Below are positions 11,433-25,800 of a stretch of DNA of 64,000 nucleotides, one piece after another. This DNA comes from Trichosphaerium sp. ATCC 40318 (Eukaryota; Protista; Tubulinea), in the NCBI GenBank assembly GCA_038496445.1, contig JALMLS010000450.1, positions 186,001 through 250,000 of the forward strand, given 5' to 3'. Positions within the stretch are counted from its first letter, which is position 1. The number at the start of each line of letters is the position of its first letter. The notes beneath the pieces are model-generated. The model searched no databases. It saw only the letters and a program-made list of their open reading frames with translations, and had not been told where the DNA came from. The translations under genes and the position numbers were made by a program.

Positions 11433-14400
11433 TTAAATTATATGTGAGTTGAACGTATCTCTGGCATTGTCTGGGAATAAATCTTTGACTGCATTTTGTG
11501 CTACCTTTTGCCACCCTTTTCTTGATTTATTTGCTAGCAGCCATTCTTCAGCAGATATCACTGCAGAATCCCAAAGTGTTGTAAAGTTTTTGTAAAAGAA
11601 TGCAGAAAACAAAGCCAAAACCAACAGCGTAGCCCACATGTTCTCTTAGAAAAATATCAACTAACACTGTTATAGCATTTGTACATACCCTTACAACCTC
11701 TAGGCTTGTGCTCAGTAAGTCTACGATGACCAACATTGAGTAAAATTGAAATCTTTGGCGCCAATTGCCAATATCCATCTGGATGTTGCATTTTAAGAAG
11801 TTGTTTGGAAACCTCAATATCAGATTCTAGGTTTCTAGAAGAATGATGTCTTACGCTCTCAGTTTTATCTTCTTGAATTCTAGAAACAGCATCTGTTCTA
11901 GTTGGTTGGGGTTCTAGTGTAATTTAAGAGTTAACACAAACAAATTGATTTAATGTTTTCGTCAACGCTCTACGTACGTCTTGGTCTTCTACCTCCACAG
12001 CAACCGCCTTTATTCTCTACTGGCTTTCTCGATTGTACTCTTACTACAGAATCTTTTTTCTCCTTGTCTTCCATGTACCTATGGGCGTGCTTAGATACAG
12101 TTTTCAAGTTTACTTAACTGGAAACCAAACTTAAATTCATATTGTTCAAATGTGTCTTCTGGCTCTGGGTCAGACGCCAGGGCTTGAAGGATTCTCCAAC
12201 CTAGTAAAATACCGTTAGAACTGTTGTAAGAAAGTAACAGTTACCGTTGGCCATAATGCAAGGAGGTACTTGAACAGTATCAATACCTACAAGAGCAAAA
12301 CGTAAGTATTACATAATGATTTTCTTGACTTCACCTGGTTTCCCTTGCACAGATATAAAAGCAGAATCGCTTGATAATATACCGAATTTACATGCTATAA
12401 ACGTAGCTTCTGTACGCATTCTTTTTATACCAAATGGGGTTTCACTATAAGCAGTGCCGATACCGAGTTCTCGCTCCTAAAAATAAGATTAGCAGAAAAA
12501 AATAAGAAAAAACAAGATTCTGGACCTTTATCAATTGAGCCGCTACTAGTTTATGAAATATTCCATCCCTCATAGATCTCATCCATTTCATTGGTGCTGA
12601 TAAGTGTACTCTTTTTGTCGCTGTATGGGCTATAACGTTAAGAGATGCTTCCTTTGGTATAAAATTTCTCAACCGCCCTTTTTTGTTTTCTTCTTTTGCT
12701 CTTTCAGCTGCAGCTTTATTCCCATGTATGAATAACCTAACGTGATCACCAACTTTCAAAAATCCAGTGAGCATAGGAACATGGTCTAGAATATCATCAT
12801 TCATCGTGACTTCGGCCTACAGAAAAAAGTAAAAACTTGTCCAAAACAAAATTACAAGCTTCTTTTCTTACATCTTTCCAGACTTCAGTTGAAACAGCGG
12901 CAAAGAACTTTCTGACTTTATCTCTTGGATCTTCTGAGAACGGTAGTCGTACATGATGGCCTGAACCTTGATAGTCTGGTTAGGAAGATAAGACAAATAC
13001 ATTAGTATTTACCCATGTCTGCCATTAACTCCATTGTGTTTTTATCAATCTTGTAAAACATAAGTTAATCCAAATAAAAATGTAGTATATGGATATGTAC
13101 GTTACTACCGAGACCAAAACAATATATCAGTGAATCATCCATTATCGCATCAAGCTTCTCCAACGCTTAAATAAAATATTAGAAAAGTTTAACCAAGAGT
13201 TAGAGCCTTTGACATGATTGAAAATTACAACAAGACAATAGAACCGTTTTTTTGCCACTCACCTTGTTCTGATTTGTAAAATCTACCAGGACTAACTAAT
13301 ACTACAACACGTCTATTCCCGTGCTTGCAAGGAAGACTGAAACACTTTTCCAACGCAACACCAACATTAGAGGCTCCAGAGGCTTCAGTCCTAATAAACT
13401 TTAGAAAAACTGTTCAAAAACCAGAGGTTCTAGCTACGTACAGAGCTTCTTGAATGTGTTTTTTGGCAGTGTCTATGTTAGCATAATTCGCTAGTTTATT
13501 TCTTGAGAATAAACACTCTGCTTCATTACCAAAAGAGACTAAAACAAGTCAACAAAAAGCAACTTTTTCTTGAATAACAAAAAAATTCTCGTTCTTTTCT
13601 TACCAACGTTAAAAAATGCTCCACGTGGCATGATGTCCAAAAAAGTGTTCAATAATCTTTCACTTGGAGTCACTGTTCCTGATACATGCTGACTTGCATC
13701 AACAATAAAAATATACTCGTTCTGTTGTGGACATTCCTTCAACGCTGTTGCAGCAAAAACAACCATATACACTTCAGATTTCTTAATATTTGTTTGTCAG
13801 CGTGGAGCTTATACATTTTCTTGTACCTTAAACGTAGCTGACCATGTACGCAGTTTAGGTGCCTGAAACTCAAAATTAAGTATGAGATCATCACTACCAA
13901 TATGCTTTTCATCAAGTGTTATCTCTCCTTTTTTTTGAGTGAGTAAGAAATAGTTTTGATGTCTTTCTTACCTTCCATTCCTCGTATTGTAAGTTCCATA
14001 AGTGTTTCAGGTAATTTCCGTCCTGGAGATGTTATAGATAACTCTACAGCAGATTAGGAAAAGGCTTGTGTCAGCAAAACCAAGTACTTTTCGTAGGCAT
14101 AATAAAACTCATTAAAAACACCTTTTGAATACTGAACTCAGAAGAGTCTTGCGCATCTACACTGTAATTATAAAACTATTTGAAATAATATCGTACAAGC
14201 TCCACCATGAATATGATCACCTGCATGGAATACAAAGGAAGGTAAAGAAAACACGTGACGTGGAAACTCAGTAACATATTCAATTGTGATTGTGATTGAA
14301 GTGTCAGGCTTCACTATACCAATAAAAGCCGAAATGACTTCTTCACCTAGTTTTGTTTTAGCCCTCAAGCGTCTTTTTATATCTATGATAATTACCTTCA

Positions 14401-16268
14401 TCTGGGTATATATAAGAGTACAGTGTATCCTTGAAACTCTCTTTGTAACGTTGGAGTGCAGATGACAAGTCCTAGAAAGAATATTACTCCAAGCTTTAAG
14501 TTGCTTTTTTAAAGCTCACTTCAACATGACTTGTGTTTGTGTCTTCCTCCTCTAACGAGAATTTATACTTTGTACTTGCCGAAAAGCTTACTGAAAAATT
14601 TGTAATTGCACGAGATTTATCCGCAGGCAATACATAGATACACTCTACTTGGGAATCCCTATTTCATTCATAAACACAACGTTCGAAATTTTTTCATTTT
14701 GCGTACGAGGTATTGAACGTTTGTTTAACCTTGACTGACGCTACAAAGTCTATCATAGTAACACGTGTTTCAATTTTCTCAGCAGTTAAGCTTTTACCAT
14801 TACCCAGGAGGCCATAAAACTAGAGATAACACAACGTTAAAATCAACAGCAGCATTAGTACGCCTTACTTTGTTTGGTATATTGACTATACTACTATTGT
14901 TTGCGTTCCTTTTTTGATCTTCTTTAGGTGCATCACTATCTCTTACATCTGATTCACTAGGTTGAGGTATATACGATATCGATACTGTCTGACCAAGAGC
15001 CATCTTAGCAGCCATATCAAACATTTCATGAATACCAAGTCCAGCTTTTGCTGAAACGCCAATATGGTAAATATTGCTCTTTTTCTCGCGACACCTTATA
15101 AATACGTCAGAACCAAATGATCTCACACATGTTACATACCAACGCAAAGCATTACTCGCCGGAACTTCCCTCATACCACCCAAGTCAATCTTATTACCAG
15201 CTAAATACCATGAGCAACAAATAAGAAATCTCATCGAGACACTAACCTATAATAACTGGAAATGTATGTGCTTGTTCTGGGTTCCTAATATCCAAGAAAT
15301 CCTTGAACCAGCCTATTGGAGAATTAGCATGAAAAAATAAAAGCGTTACTCACCGGCAACACCTGCAAAACTCTTTCTATTTGTAACATCATAAGCAATG
15401 ATACAAACATCACATCCCTTGTAAAACTGCTTGGACATCGCCTTGAACCGTTCTTGTCCTTTTATTGAATGAGGTTAAAACGTAATATTGTCACTCGAGT
15501 ACCTGCTGTATCCTATTTCGAAGCAGTTAGTCAAATATGTGTGAGACTAAACGAAGCGCACCCAAATCTGTAAAGTAATATATTTCCCCGCTGCAGATAT
15601 GTTCACTAACTTGAAATCATACCCAATGGTAGCTACGAATAGTATTCTTTATGAGTATGATTTAATGTTCTTAATTTAATATCTACCTTTATAGCTTGGC
15701 GTGTAAATGTTATCAGTATACCGCTTCAGTAGCGCTGTTTTGCCTAAAGAAAAATCAACATTTTTCATTCACGACATGACATGAACGTACCTACGCCATG
15801 GTCGCCTATAATTACTACTTTGAACCTAAATAGAAGCCATTTAGAAGTTAAATAAATAAATAAAGTCCAAAAAAAATTAATCACGTGCCTTTTCATTTCA
15901 AAACGTGCTACCTTTAAATCTTCATCTGATAGCTGCTTATAACAAGCGTCACAAAGCGGACCTTCCTGTTTATCATTTGAGTTTTCTGCCGAAAAAGAAG
16001 AAGTATCCCTTGTACCATTACATCCTCATCTGAGAAGAATGTACGCACAGCGCTAAGCGAATCAGATGATACAAAATGTCGGCCAATGAAACTTCTCTTT
16101 TTTGTATGTTGAGCTCTTTTTAAACATATTTAACGCGTCACGTGCCTTATTACGGTCTTTTGAAACATTCCCGCAAACGGAACATGTAGCAGTGTTACCT
16201 CGTGGATAATACGTGCTCCAACCACCTCGTTGAGAAACCAAGGGTGTCTTCTCGGTTGGCGCGGCCAT
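11433..16268 (-). CDS. Fusion protein: C4 zinc-finger-like N-terminus + Rab7/Rab9-like GTPase + VIT + VWA (VWA5A-like), multi-exon
   Basis: CSVC...CDAC; FKVVIIGDHGVGKTALL, ATIGYDF, IWDTAGQERF, GNKIDL, VSAK; spliced in frame to FYGLLGNGKSLTAEKIETRVTMIDFVASVKVKQTFN (VIT), EYIFIVDAS...FFNVVSFG (VWA) and a VWA5A-type end WATLLVLA...AEEWL. Confidence 0.75.
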
Positions 16269-16383
16269 TGCTATGAAGTCTTGGCATTTCTTCAACAATC
16301 GAGAAAAAAATGTTCAAAAAAAGTTAGTACTGTTTTTATCAGCACGTGGTACAGTTTACTTATTGTTTGGAATTTACATTACC

Positions 16384-19323
16384 CTAAGTCACTGTTCTAC
16401 GTTTTACTCTAACGTCTATGTGTTCAATAGTCCCACCACGGCGGCCAGTCGTTTTTCGTAGCGAAAATGGCATTACAGTTTCTCTAAAACGTCTGTTGAA
16501 GAAACTACAATGCACAATTAGAAAAAGCAACCTGCAAGGAGCCGTACTACAAACACAGGACAACTACCAATGTAACGATAATGATTGCCAATGCTAACAC
16601 AACAACAATAACAACTATAACCAAATTTAGTCGTTAACTAGCAAACTACGTACTTGTACTCAAGTTATTTCCGTCATCACCTGTTTCACATCTAGTGTCT
16701 TTAATAACCACTAACGCTACAGTATTTTGCGTGTATCTACCCGCAGCTATTGCGCAGTCATCTAAGAAATTATTGAGAAAGGAACCAAGAGATTGTTTGT
16801 CTCACCAGTTTGCGCTGAAATCATCTCAAACTCTCCCGATAGGCAAGATGACTCCAGTAAATTATGACTACCTCTTATATTTGGACCATCACCAACCGAG
16901 AGAATACCTCCAGTAATGTTTGTACACCCAAAAACCTAATGTAGGCATATTAGTACGTCACTGTTTGTAGAGACTCAACCTGAATTTGGCCTAACGTTCC
17001 ATTGTTATTGCCAAACTTAACGTCTCCTGATATTGTTAAGTTTCCTTGTATGATAACAAGAGGTGATAAGATTAGAATATCACTATGAGTTGTTAGCTTA
17101 TCCAAAACTACGCGTATATTATACTTGATAGCAATATTTGTATCGTTAGATCCTAGACTCCATGAAGTGCCTTGGCAAACGAAAGGTAGATCATCGACGC
17201 CATTACCTACCGAACTATCAACTTAAGCATTAAAACGAAATATACCTTCAGGCTTGCATCCACAGTTTTCGTCATAATCGATGCTACAAACTGTTAAGGC
17301 ATTTACTCTTAATTTTTGAGAGAATTCTCAGTACCAAAGGAATGGGGCACGTTCATCTACAACAAGTGTGAGTACTATGGTCAAGCTAAATTTGACGCAC
17401 CAGTTAAAAGGAGAGATATAGTGGAGCCACTAGTACAATTGTTGGTCTGTTTTGTTGGTGTGCCATTACTTATTACTTGTACTTTTTCACAAAGGTCCGT
17501 GATATTATTCGTGGAACTAACAAAGTCATATTCTAAAAACAGTAAGGTTATGTTTGACATCTCATTTCTTAATCACTACCTCCAAATACACTGGTAGTCA
17601 CATTGTCTATATCTGTTTGAAAAGTTAACAAGCAATAGAAGGAGAACAGTACAAACCAATGATTACTCTATCATTTATTTGTAGATTGCCATCGACAACA
17701 AAAGAATCATAGTGTCCGTATTCATTTACAGAAAGTTCCAGTATCTCAGACGTCCACAATAATCCTTGTGCGTAAACTTTTCCTGTTATTTTCGTATTCC
17801 TGCAGAAAATCGTAAGGTAAAAAAAGTTCCAAGGCAAAAAATCGCCGCACTTGATGTTTACTTCGTTGTTATTTATCCCGGAGACGTTGCAATTTATGAG
17901 GTGAAGGGATGCATCTTGTCTTCCTGACAAATATGCTTCATTCATGAAGTCTATACAAACGCCATCTCGCCCAGATACAACAATCATTGCCTCATCCTCA
18001 ACTATTATTTCTTCTTCGACAGTAATCTTTGCAGCATCAAAGAAACCGGCTATTATTTTTTACATCTACACGAATTGATACTACGTACTTTGTACAATCA
18101 ATGTTGTGACTTTAACTTCTCCTCCAATATTAACCTCACCCCATACTGATAAATTGTTTCGTGTCATGATAATGGCAGGCAATTCAGACAAACCTAACAT
18201 TATTACCATTGAAAATATTGATTAAGGAGTAACATACTAGCGAAGCGGCTACTAGCTATGTGAGTGGTTTTGTTAGAGTTTTCTTGTAGAATCTAATAAA
18301 GTATTACTTGTGTTCATTCGATATATTCAAATACCATGCCACCAAATTGTAAAAAGCTAGTGTCATTTATATTAACTTGAACATATCCTTTTGTAACGAT
18401 AGCATAAATCTTGCTCTCCTGCAGTATCTTTAGTACAGAAACGTTTGATAACAATTAAAACGCACTAATGTGCCAGTAAATGAACAATCCACAACATCGA
18501 GAGTAACATTTCCATCTAAGTCCAAATAGTTAACTCCAATTACAAATAATCATTACTTGTTTGAACAAAATGCATCAGAATGCAGGTGAATAAACAGTGC
18601 GGTTGATAAATAAAAACGTTCGTCGATTGAGCGAAGATTTTCAGTGTAAAACACGCGGTTTTGTACCAAGAGCTATCACAGGTGTTTCCTGTAGTGAACC
18701 AAAAAAACTTGTGCGAGAAAAATTCGCACGTGACCTAAATTAGGCAATGAGACATAAGTCTTGAAATAATAGCACGAACTCATCTTTGAGCACCAAAGAA
18801 CTGTTTTCAAAAGTCACGGTATTAAACTCTACTAAGCAGTTCCCTGAAACATCAAACAGTACTAAAGTACACGTGAGTATTATGGTCACTTAGTTATTAC
18901 GTACAATCGCTTTCTGGACCTTTAAATGTTATATCCTCAAAAGAAATATCACCACACATTACATCTAACACGGGGTGAGGCTTTATGAGAACCAATCGCG
19001 TAAAATACGTGAGAATGCTTACGTATAGTAGAATAAACCTCCATTATGGTATTTACGCCCAAAAAATGGATACTGATGTGCGGAGGTAAGCAGAGCGGCA
19101 TTAAGGCTTCTATTGTAATATATCCATGTAGAGCAATTGTATTTTCACTTTCATTTTTCATCAAAACCAAATCAATAGCACGCTGTATAGTACTACAAGG
19201 TGGGGATGTGTTGTCGCAAGTGTCATTACCCATCTCATTTACGTCTATTCTGTGACAATGAGCGCTGCTCGGCAACGTAGAAAGCACAATAAAGTAAAGT
19301 GATATCGCATAAAGCGGTTCCAT
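16384..19323 (-). CDS. Type I membrane protein with large extracellular beta-rich region, multi-exon
   Basis: Signal peptide; GNDTCDNTSPPCSTIQRAIDL (N-terminal motif typical of beta-helix surface proteins); late TM VIVVVLALAIIIVTLVVVLC; short basic tail ending TAG at 16384. Internal exons not fully resolved. Confidence 0.6.
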
Positions 19324-19726
19324 TGAGGCACGTGACTTTGGTAAGAATTCAACAATTTTCTTGAAACGGGACGGTTTGGGACGTTTCTGTAACAGCGCTT
19401 TATACTTAAACGTACCCGGGTAGAAGAATACTTATTAAGTTGTATTCAAACAATGCAAAACAGTGAACATGTGATTCAGTTTTAGCTCATAACAAAGTAG
19501 CTTTATTTGAACAAAATTTGCCTGCAGCCGCCATGGCTACTATATAAACACCTCCCTTGCCAACTGTAGCCGTTTTTATTTAAATAACTGATTAGTACAA
19601 TTGTAGCGCAATTCACTGGCAAGGTTGGTTGACGCTCGAATTGTTACATGTATCCAGTAATATCGCGAAAATCTAAAAGACACATGTCACTTCTTTATTA
19701 TTTTTTGGGTTGGCGCTTAGGAGACC

Positions 19727-22049
19727 ATGGGAGTTGATGTATCTAACACCAAGTGTGAATGCTTACTGCATTGGCAGATTTATTTGAAGAACTTAAGCAA
19801 GTTAGCGCATGAAGCACCCAAGAACGCAACAGCGTTGGCGTTATAATTATTGCGTGCGATCAATGCGTTTGCGAGCGGAAAACTAGTTGTTGAGGGTTTG
19901 ATCGCACAATATATAACTAGATGAGTACCGCAGTACTTAGAGAAGATGAAATAACAATAAACATCTCCTGGCAAGACCAAACCCCACAAGGCTCTCAGTT
20001 AGCACTAGATTCTACTGCAATAATATTTGATGGCGCTGGAAACGCTTTAGAGGCTGTATGACCGCTTATTCATAATTTTTTTGTTAAAATACACTTAGGT
20101 GTACTTTAATAAGCCGCAAAATACTCAAAACAGCATAAGACATAGTCGATCGTACGAGAAAGGTACGTTGTAAAAAGAATAAACGTACTCATTACAAAAC
20201 TGTCTATTTTAACGTGATTTAGACTTAGAACATACTGAATCAATTGTATTATGCCCACCGACGCTTCCCAAGAATGCCAGGGCAATAGCAATCGTGCTGA
20301 ACAATTTTGTTGGTGAAACATTTAGGTATTATTCGTCACGTGCTTTGACAATCCATTTTTCTTTTCAAAAAAACCTAAACTTTCATTCTTTAGCGTCGTT
20401 GGTGAGTGTGCTGTAACTATAGACGATGGAAAAGAATTAACTAGATTTACACATCCCTGTTGTGGGATGCACAGTGCAGTATTTATAGGTGTAGCGCTTC
20501 TGTAAGTGAAAATTCCATGTAACCTTTTGGCTCTTTTTGGATTTAAAGTTTTAACTGTTTTTTTGACGCTATAAAACTGATGTTATCAAAGGCAACCTGG
20601 CTACGGAAATTGGTCATTTCATACACGTTGGCATTTCATGCAAGGGTCAGCGTTTGATGTCCTTATTCCTGAGATATTGGTAAAACTAAAACAGGATTTA
20701 CCAAGTATTAAAGATGACGCTGTCATTTATTTTTTGAAATCTCAAGAGCTTACAAAAGTACGTTTTTATCAATGGTTTATGTTTATTACTATCCCTTCGC
20801 AAACGCCCGTTAAATTAGCATTTAATGAAGAATTTTAATAGGACGATGTTCATAAATTAGATGAACGACTTTGGCTTAGTAGTATTAATGTTTCTCTTGC
20901 GTGGTCTATGAAGAATGATATTGACTTGATAGATCTTGATGCTTCTTGCGTACTTTTCGATGGAAGGGGTAGATATATTGAAGGTGTATTTTATGGAAAG
21001 TTAAAGAATAGAAATAGCTCTATTTCTCATAATGGAGATAATATAACAACACACTCTGATGATAGTAACGAAGTAGTATGATTTTTTTTATTTGTTTTTT
21101 TTGTTGACAACCACCTTCGTTGCACTCATGCCTTTTTATAGATTCATGTTAATTTACGGTGTGTTCCTGAAGAAGTCCGAACGCTTGTATTTTGTTTAAA
21201 TTGTTATGGTCTTATTCCGTTCAAGCACGTGATGTCGTATTTTTATAGTGAATGGTTTTTAGTTAATATTTATGTTAGGGACGTTGTATCTACCATTATT
21301 CGTGTTTCAGATAGCTCTGATGGACAAGGTGATTTTACAATACGAAGGAGTTAATAATTGTTATTGATACCGTTTAGAACAAACGCGGTTTGAGTTAGAA
21401 TCTGCTGGAAAACACACAGCAATGATAATGGCAGCAGTATGTATACTTTCTATTGGAGGTATTAAATTAATACTTGTTCCCAGTTGAGCCGTAGTGGTGA
21501 TGGATGGTCATTTCTTCCTGTAGGAACTCCTGCAAAAGGTATTGTATCTATTATAACTTGATTGATGTATCTAATACAATGTAGGGAGGACTTTTCAAGA
21601 TATAATGCCTAAAATAAAATCTACAGTAAAAAGTGTATTAAAACGAGAAAAACCACCTTGGTTCGCGTTCATTTTTCGAACAAATAATGCTATCTCGTAT
21701 AACTAATTGTGGATTTAGGGACGCTGATGACTCTTCAGAAAATTGTATACTATGTTTGAAGAAATTCACAATACTTGAAAGAAGGGTACGTGCAATGAAA
21801 TGAAAGAAATGCCATTAAAAAACCGAAGAGGATTTTTTTGTTCTTTGTTTAATCAAATCCGTTGAACTCATATTTATGTAGCATCATTGCCGCGCCTGTG
21901 GTAAAATATGTTGCCAGGAATGCTCACAACAAAAGAGACCTGTATTAAAGTGGGGATATGATGCTCCAGTAAGAGTTTGTGATAAATGCTATTCAATGAA
22001 TGAGGCCTTGAAGTATGGCCAAGAAGATGACAGGAGAAAATTCGTTTAA
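19727..22049 (+). CDS. Tandem TerD-domain protein with C-terminal FYVE finger, multi-exon (start uncertain)
   Basis: TerD1: INISWQ..LDSTAIIFD..VYFNK..SIRHS; TerD2: LAWS..DLDASCVLFD..VFYGKL..ISHNGDN..IHVNL..VPEEV; FYVE: WDADDSSENCILCLKKFTILERRHHCRACGKICCQECS..VRVCDKC; stop at 22047-22049. Confidence 0.85.
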
Positions 22050-22817
22050 CAAAACAAACAAAAGAACACGAAAAAAAAATCCTTGTCAAATGGAATCATG
22101 TACAGAAAATGAATTTATTTTTAGTCAGTCTTACCAAAAAAACTTTCGAAGAAAGAAATATCAATGTTATTTTTCAGCTCTATTTACTCAACTTTCTTGC
22201 TTTTTTTTTGCGTTGGATTGCACTTTATATCTGATTTTGAAAAGGACTAACAACTGTATCTGTCTAATTTTTTTTGACACATGTCATTTGGTGACACGCA
22301 AAAATTTTTCAGTCCTGAGTAAAAGAAAAGCTCAATAGTAGTTGTCAAAAATAAAACAACGATGGAAATACTGAAAAACATCTACGGGTCGTAAGTTGGG
22401 TTTTATTAGTAGCCATTATCGGGCAAAGATAGCATAGTGGTTGTAAACGCTAGTGCTTCAGCGCTTGGAAAACTGTTTGCAAGACGAAACGTTACTAATT
22501 TTATCAGTAGCCTTGCAGCTCATTTGTTGTTTTGTCGCTGGGAACCGAACACAACGCTTGGCGTTAACGAAATAGCGCGGTATTAAGCGTTTTTGACTAA
22601 AAATTAAAGAAGGAGGCATGTTACTTGCCTGTAGAGACGTATAATACCGTTTGTAACGCAAAGGTGGTGTCATAATATTCCCGATATAGCAATCACTCAC
22701 TCTTACTCTTCCAACCTATAGTTGTGTTTATACAGCTCATATATAAACCCCGATTTTTCCCGTTAAGCTCACGTTATACTTCATTTTTCAAAATAAAAAC
22801 GCACCACGCATCCATAA

Positions 22818-25800
22818 ATGTCGTCAAAAGACGGAGAGCTGGCTGGCTGGGTTAGGTCGCAGAAACGCGTATGCTTCCGATAAACTAACAAAACAAGCAT
22901 TATTACTCACCATTACCGTTTTAGGCGTTTACTGGGTGGTGTAACACTCACCTTACAGAACATGGCATTGAAGTGAAAGATTTACAAAAAGACTTTGAAA
23001 ATGGTCTAGTGCTTATAGCACTACTGGAGGTACTAACAAACCTCCAATATCAATATAACGGTTCGATAGGAAATATCATCGCTCCCGTTTCCCAAATACA
23101 ACAAAAAACCGCGAATGCGCATGCAATACATGGAAAACATTGGAAAAGTACGGTTTTACGCGTTAGTTTGTAGAGTTGACACCATCTTTTTTGTAGGCGC
23201 TTAATTTTATAAAAGCGCAGGGTCTCCAACTTGTAAATATTGGTATGGTGCTGCACTGACGATGCAAATTCCACGTGGATGTCTGAAAACTGAGTATTAA
23301 AATTTTGTGTTAGGCCCTCAGGATGTTGTCGATGGCAACTTAAAACTGATTTTGGGTATGATTTGGTACGTTTTAATGATTTTTTGTACTCATTCTGCAT
23401 ATTCACGCTGGATAGGACCCTTATCTTAAGGTATCACATTAGTAAGGTACGTAAACGCGTTTTTAAGCTTATTCTGTAGTTTATCTTTTCATTTACCCAA
23501 AAAAGAATAAGTTTTAGAAAACTTCTCGATCTGTACTTGAGAAAGCGAGTTTTTTTCTACACTTCTCTTGATTAGATAAAACAAGTTCCTAACGTGTAGT
23601 TATAGGGAGGTAAAGACGGGAAAGCGCTTAGTAAATCCGATGTCGTTACTTGGTTAAAAGAACATCTAGACGGTTACGATGTGCCTGTCAAAGGCCTTAA
23701 ATCAGGGTATAGTCTATATACTACGCGTATAGTAGCTAAATACGTTTAGTTGGCAAGATGGTAGAGTTTTCACGGCGCTTGTCGATAGTATGCAACCGGG
23801 TATTTGTCCACTCGATGAAATGACCGGAGACCCATATAAAGATGTCGATAAGGCTATGAACAAAGCAAGGGACGAATTAGGCGTTCCGAAGATTTTAGAA
23901 CCAGAAGATATAATCGATCACCCTGATGAGCTTGCTATGATAACTTACATCTCCTACTTTCAACAAGAGCATGTGAAAGCGGAAATAAGAGAAGAAGAAG
24001 CGCTAGAGTCCGCTCCAACATCACGTACGCGCAATATTCAGTTGTTTTCCCAAATAGGATAAAGAGTTTTAAACGAAATCTTTGCTGTTGTTAGTGTTTG
24101 TTTTATACGTTTTTGAAAGCTTGAGAATATTGCTAACGTTTTATCTAGCTCCGGATGTAAAAATTACTCTTCCGAAAAAAATCGTTGCTGGTGAAGAGGC
24201 TGTTGCGTCCCTAGCTATCACTGATAGCGAAAGTGGCGAAAATGTAACTGCGGAAGATCTGGATGAAATTACAGCCGAGGTTGGTGGTAAACCGTTAAAA
24301 TTGGAGATAGCCGAAGATGGCTCAATCATTGCGAAGTTTACACCTTTGGAACCTGGTAAACAACTTCTTAAAATTAATCAAGGAGACGACACTCTGGCTA
24401 GCATGGAGTTTGACGCTCTAGCACCTCCAGGTATACGAAACCAAGAATGTTGTGTTATGTAGCTTAATGTTACCTTAGAGCCAATATGTAAGGTGTTATC
24501 AATGCCTGAAGTTATGAGAGCCGGAGAAGAAATTGTTTGTGAGCTTGCTGTTGTGGATAAGCTATCCTCAGAACCTATTCCTTTCGAGGTAGCTTCGCTT
24601 GTTTCAGATATCCCAGGCGCCGAGGCTCTTTCCTTAGAACCTGGTACTGGTGCTGAGCCAAGCGTAGTATTGAAGTTTGTACTACCAGAACCTGGTACGT
24701 TTTGTGTTTGGTGGTCAGTATATAGTTTATTAATTGTGAGGTGTAGGTGATAACCAAATCAAACTGAACCTCAACCAGGATGGAAAAGATTACCCTGTAC
24801 TAGATAAGCCTATTAGTGTGCTACCTCCAATAAGTGCGCTTTTTTAATACTGTATTTTTGGATTTTGTTGACACCTTCTCAGCATTGGAAGCCGATGTAC
24901 AAGGGGTAGATGGAAAGTTAGTTAAAGGAGAACCAGTGGCAATTGCTATTGCCTTATCTGAAAAGAATGATCAACTCGTTGATATCGATACAGATAAAAT
25001 CTCTGTACAAATACTGGGTACTGAACAAGTTATTCCTGTCACCATAGACGACAGTGGTGCTTATGTTGCCACTATTCCTATGGATGTTGAAGGTCAACAT
25101 GAACTTGTTGTCTCTTATGATGATAAACCAGTATCATCAAAAAAAATCACAGTAGACCTTCCTCTTCGTAAGTTTTAGTACAAACGTTGTGCTGTGAACG
25201 CTTACTCTTATTAAGGTGTTGAGGCTAATTTATCTGAAGTGCCTACCATGTTCTTTGCGGAGGCTGACAGCGAAATTGAAGTTAAAGTTGAAGCTTTTAA
25301 TGGAGATCTAGATAAAGATGCTATTTCTGCAGTACTGTGTGACGAGGACGGAAACGAGACACAAATTCCTGTTGTTGCTACAGACAACCCTCAAGTATTC
25401 TCAATGACTTTTGCTCCTCCAACGGCCGGTAATAACGCACTTGTCGTAAAATATAATGACGATGAGCTTGTTAAGCATGAATTTGCTGTAGAACCAAAGA
25501 AGCGCACGTCAAAGTTTTGTTGATACTTTATTGTTTTAACAACAGCTTTAGAAGTCGTAGCAAAAATTGATGTAACACCAGATGAGGCAAAGACTGGCAG
25601 CGAGTTGTTGGTTACTCTTGCTCTTGAAGAAGCTAATGGTCATCCATTTGACACTGATGGATGTCTTACTGTTGCTGTAAAAGGACCAGAAACTCCCTCT
25701 CTTGAAGTAAAGAAACAAGATGACGGCACATACACTGCTACCTTTGCAGTTAACGAACCTGGAGAGTATGAAATCGAAGCAACATACGATGATGAACCAG

